From Basidiobolus meristosporus CBS 931.73 (taxonomy: Eukaryota; Fungi; Basidiobolomycota), in NCBI GenBank assembly GCA_002104905.1, contig MCFE01000138.1, positions 93,486-157,485 of the forward strand: a stretch of 64,000 nt of DNA. Reading direction: 5' to 3'. The position numbers and the translations under genes are program-made. The notes under the pieces were generated by a model. That model did not search any database. It saw only the letters and a list, made by a program, of their open reading frames with translations, and was not told the DNA's origin. Shown here piece after piece: positions 63,026 through 64,000 of the stretch (its first letter is position 1; every line of letters starts with the position of its first letter).

Positions 63026-63099
63026 GGAGGAAAGTCACCAAGTGGTGAAATCTTTATTTACTTATGACAAGTATCTAAAGTAGCCAAGTTAATCTGAAG
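63026..63099 (-). mobile_element. 74-bp 3'-terminal fragment of another subfamily (gamma)
   Basis: Shares only the terminal AAAGTCACCAAGTGGTGAAATCTTTATTT; flanked by single TTAGGG units. Confidence 0.7.
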
Positions 63100-63105
63100 T
63101 TAGGG

Positions 63106-63422
63106 GGGGGAGACAGTCACCAACAGGTGAAATCTTTATTTCAGTTGAAACAAAGAAGCCAGCGCTACTGCTGTAGCTTTGATACAAGAATGAGTAGCTG
63201 AGGGGAATTTGTAGGTAAGTTAATAAGAAGTGATGATAGTTCTTCAGTGCTCAAGACACTGTTCAGTGGGAAGGGGGGTAGCAAGAGAGGTAAGAATGAC
63301 TTGTGAACAACATTAATGAGGGGAATGTGATAAGGATTGATATTCATCATAAAGGGAGTGTGCTGCTGCAGATATTGCTGCCAAAGATCTGTCAAGTACT
63401 TCTGGTAGGCCAGCTTGGGTTT
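63106..63422 (-). mobile_element. 317-bp 3' fragment of the alpha subfamily
   Basis: Near-identical, with scattered SNPs, to 61060-61378. Confidence 0.9.
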
Positions 63423-63428
63423 TTAGGG

Positions 63429-63799
63429 GGGAGGGAAAGTCACCAAGTTGGTGAAATCTTTATTTGAGTTAAGAACTAATCTAAGTACAAATAAAGAAGC
63501 CAATTAAGAGGTCTAGAACCTCTCTAATAAGTAATCTAATCTATGTTTTGTTTCATCTCTAATGTTTGTTTCAATAAAGTAAAGCTCATTAGGGGTAAAT
63601 ATAAAATTCAGGGGTTTTGGGGGAAGTACAAATTGTAGGTGTTTCTGATCAATATAATCCAAGACTGGAACCCAGCCTGGGATTAGGTGTAGTAGGAAAG
63701 GTGTGTGGACTTGTAAGTAGCTCTGCCACATAGATCTTAGATGGTCCTGAGCCAGTAGTCTTGGTTTCTCAGCTTTTTGAAGTTTTGAAGCAAGCTCTG
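63429..63799 (-). mobile_element. 370-bp 3' fragment of a diverged subfamily (beta), directly capped by the telomere
   Basis: AEKPRLLAQDHLRSMWQSYLQVHTPF..LPPKPLNFIFTPNEL aligns with alpha SEKPKLAYLKYLTDLWQQYLQQHTAF..LPPFPLNSVLSTEEL; same 3' hairpin. Confidence 0.8.
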
Positions 63800-64000
63800 T
63801 TAGGGTTAGGGTTAGGGTTAGGGTTAGGGTTAGGGTTGGGTTAGGGTTAGGGTTAGGGTTAGGGTTAGGGTTAGGGTTAGGGTTAGGGTTAGGGTTAGGG
63901 TTAGGGTTAGGGTTAGGGTTAGGGTTAGGGTTAGGGTTAGGGTTAGGGTTAGGGTTAGGGTTAGGGTTAGGGTTAGGGTTAGGGTTAGGGTTAGGTTAGG
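63800..64000 (+). repeat. Terminal telomeric tract of about 33 TTAGGG repeats
   Basis: Read directly; one TTGGG variant at 63836 and TTAGG units at the window end. Confidence 0.98.

Noticed and set aside
63015-63041. N-terminus MVTFLPLTL of the RT ORF as a true start
   Set aside because: It begins at TTG inside the neighbouring element's 3' hairpin and the TTAGGG junction, so it is a fusion artefact of 5' truncation.

Overview
This is the terminal 64 kb of a eukaryotic, most likely fungal, chromosome ending in about 33 TTAGGG repeats (63800-64000). The species cannot be determined from the sequence. The left end holds two decayed, oppositely oriented CACTA/EnSpm (Tnp2) copies. The middle is a heavily duplicated subtelomeric region of short, intronless, mostly secreted orphan genes: three co-duplicating Gln/acidic families (my labels A, B, C), a tandem array of beta-defensin-like 6-Cys peptides (D), two small non-secreted families (E, F), two HSP31/DJ-1 genes, one Cys-rich secreted protein, and a tRNA-Leu(CAG) with a degenerate duplicate. 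These are interspersed with solo LTRs and CpG-depleted transposon remnants. The last 6 kb is a head-to-tail stack of 5'-truncated non-LTR retroelements from about three subfamilies. Each is attached through TTAGGG plus a G-run and shares a conserved 3' hairpin, which suggests repeated retrotransposon additions to the chromosome end. All calls are by eye with no database searches; pseudogene and remnant boundaries are approximate.
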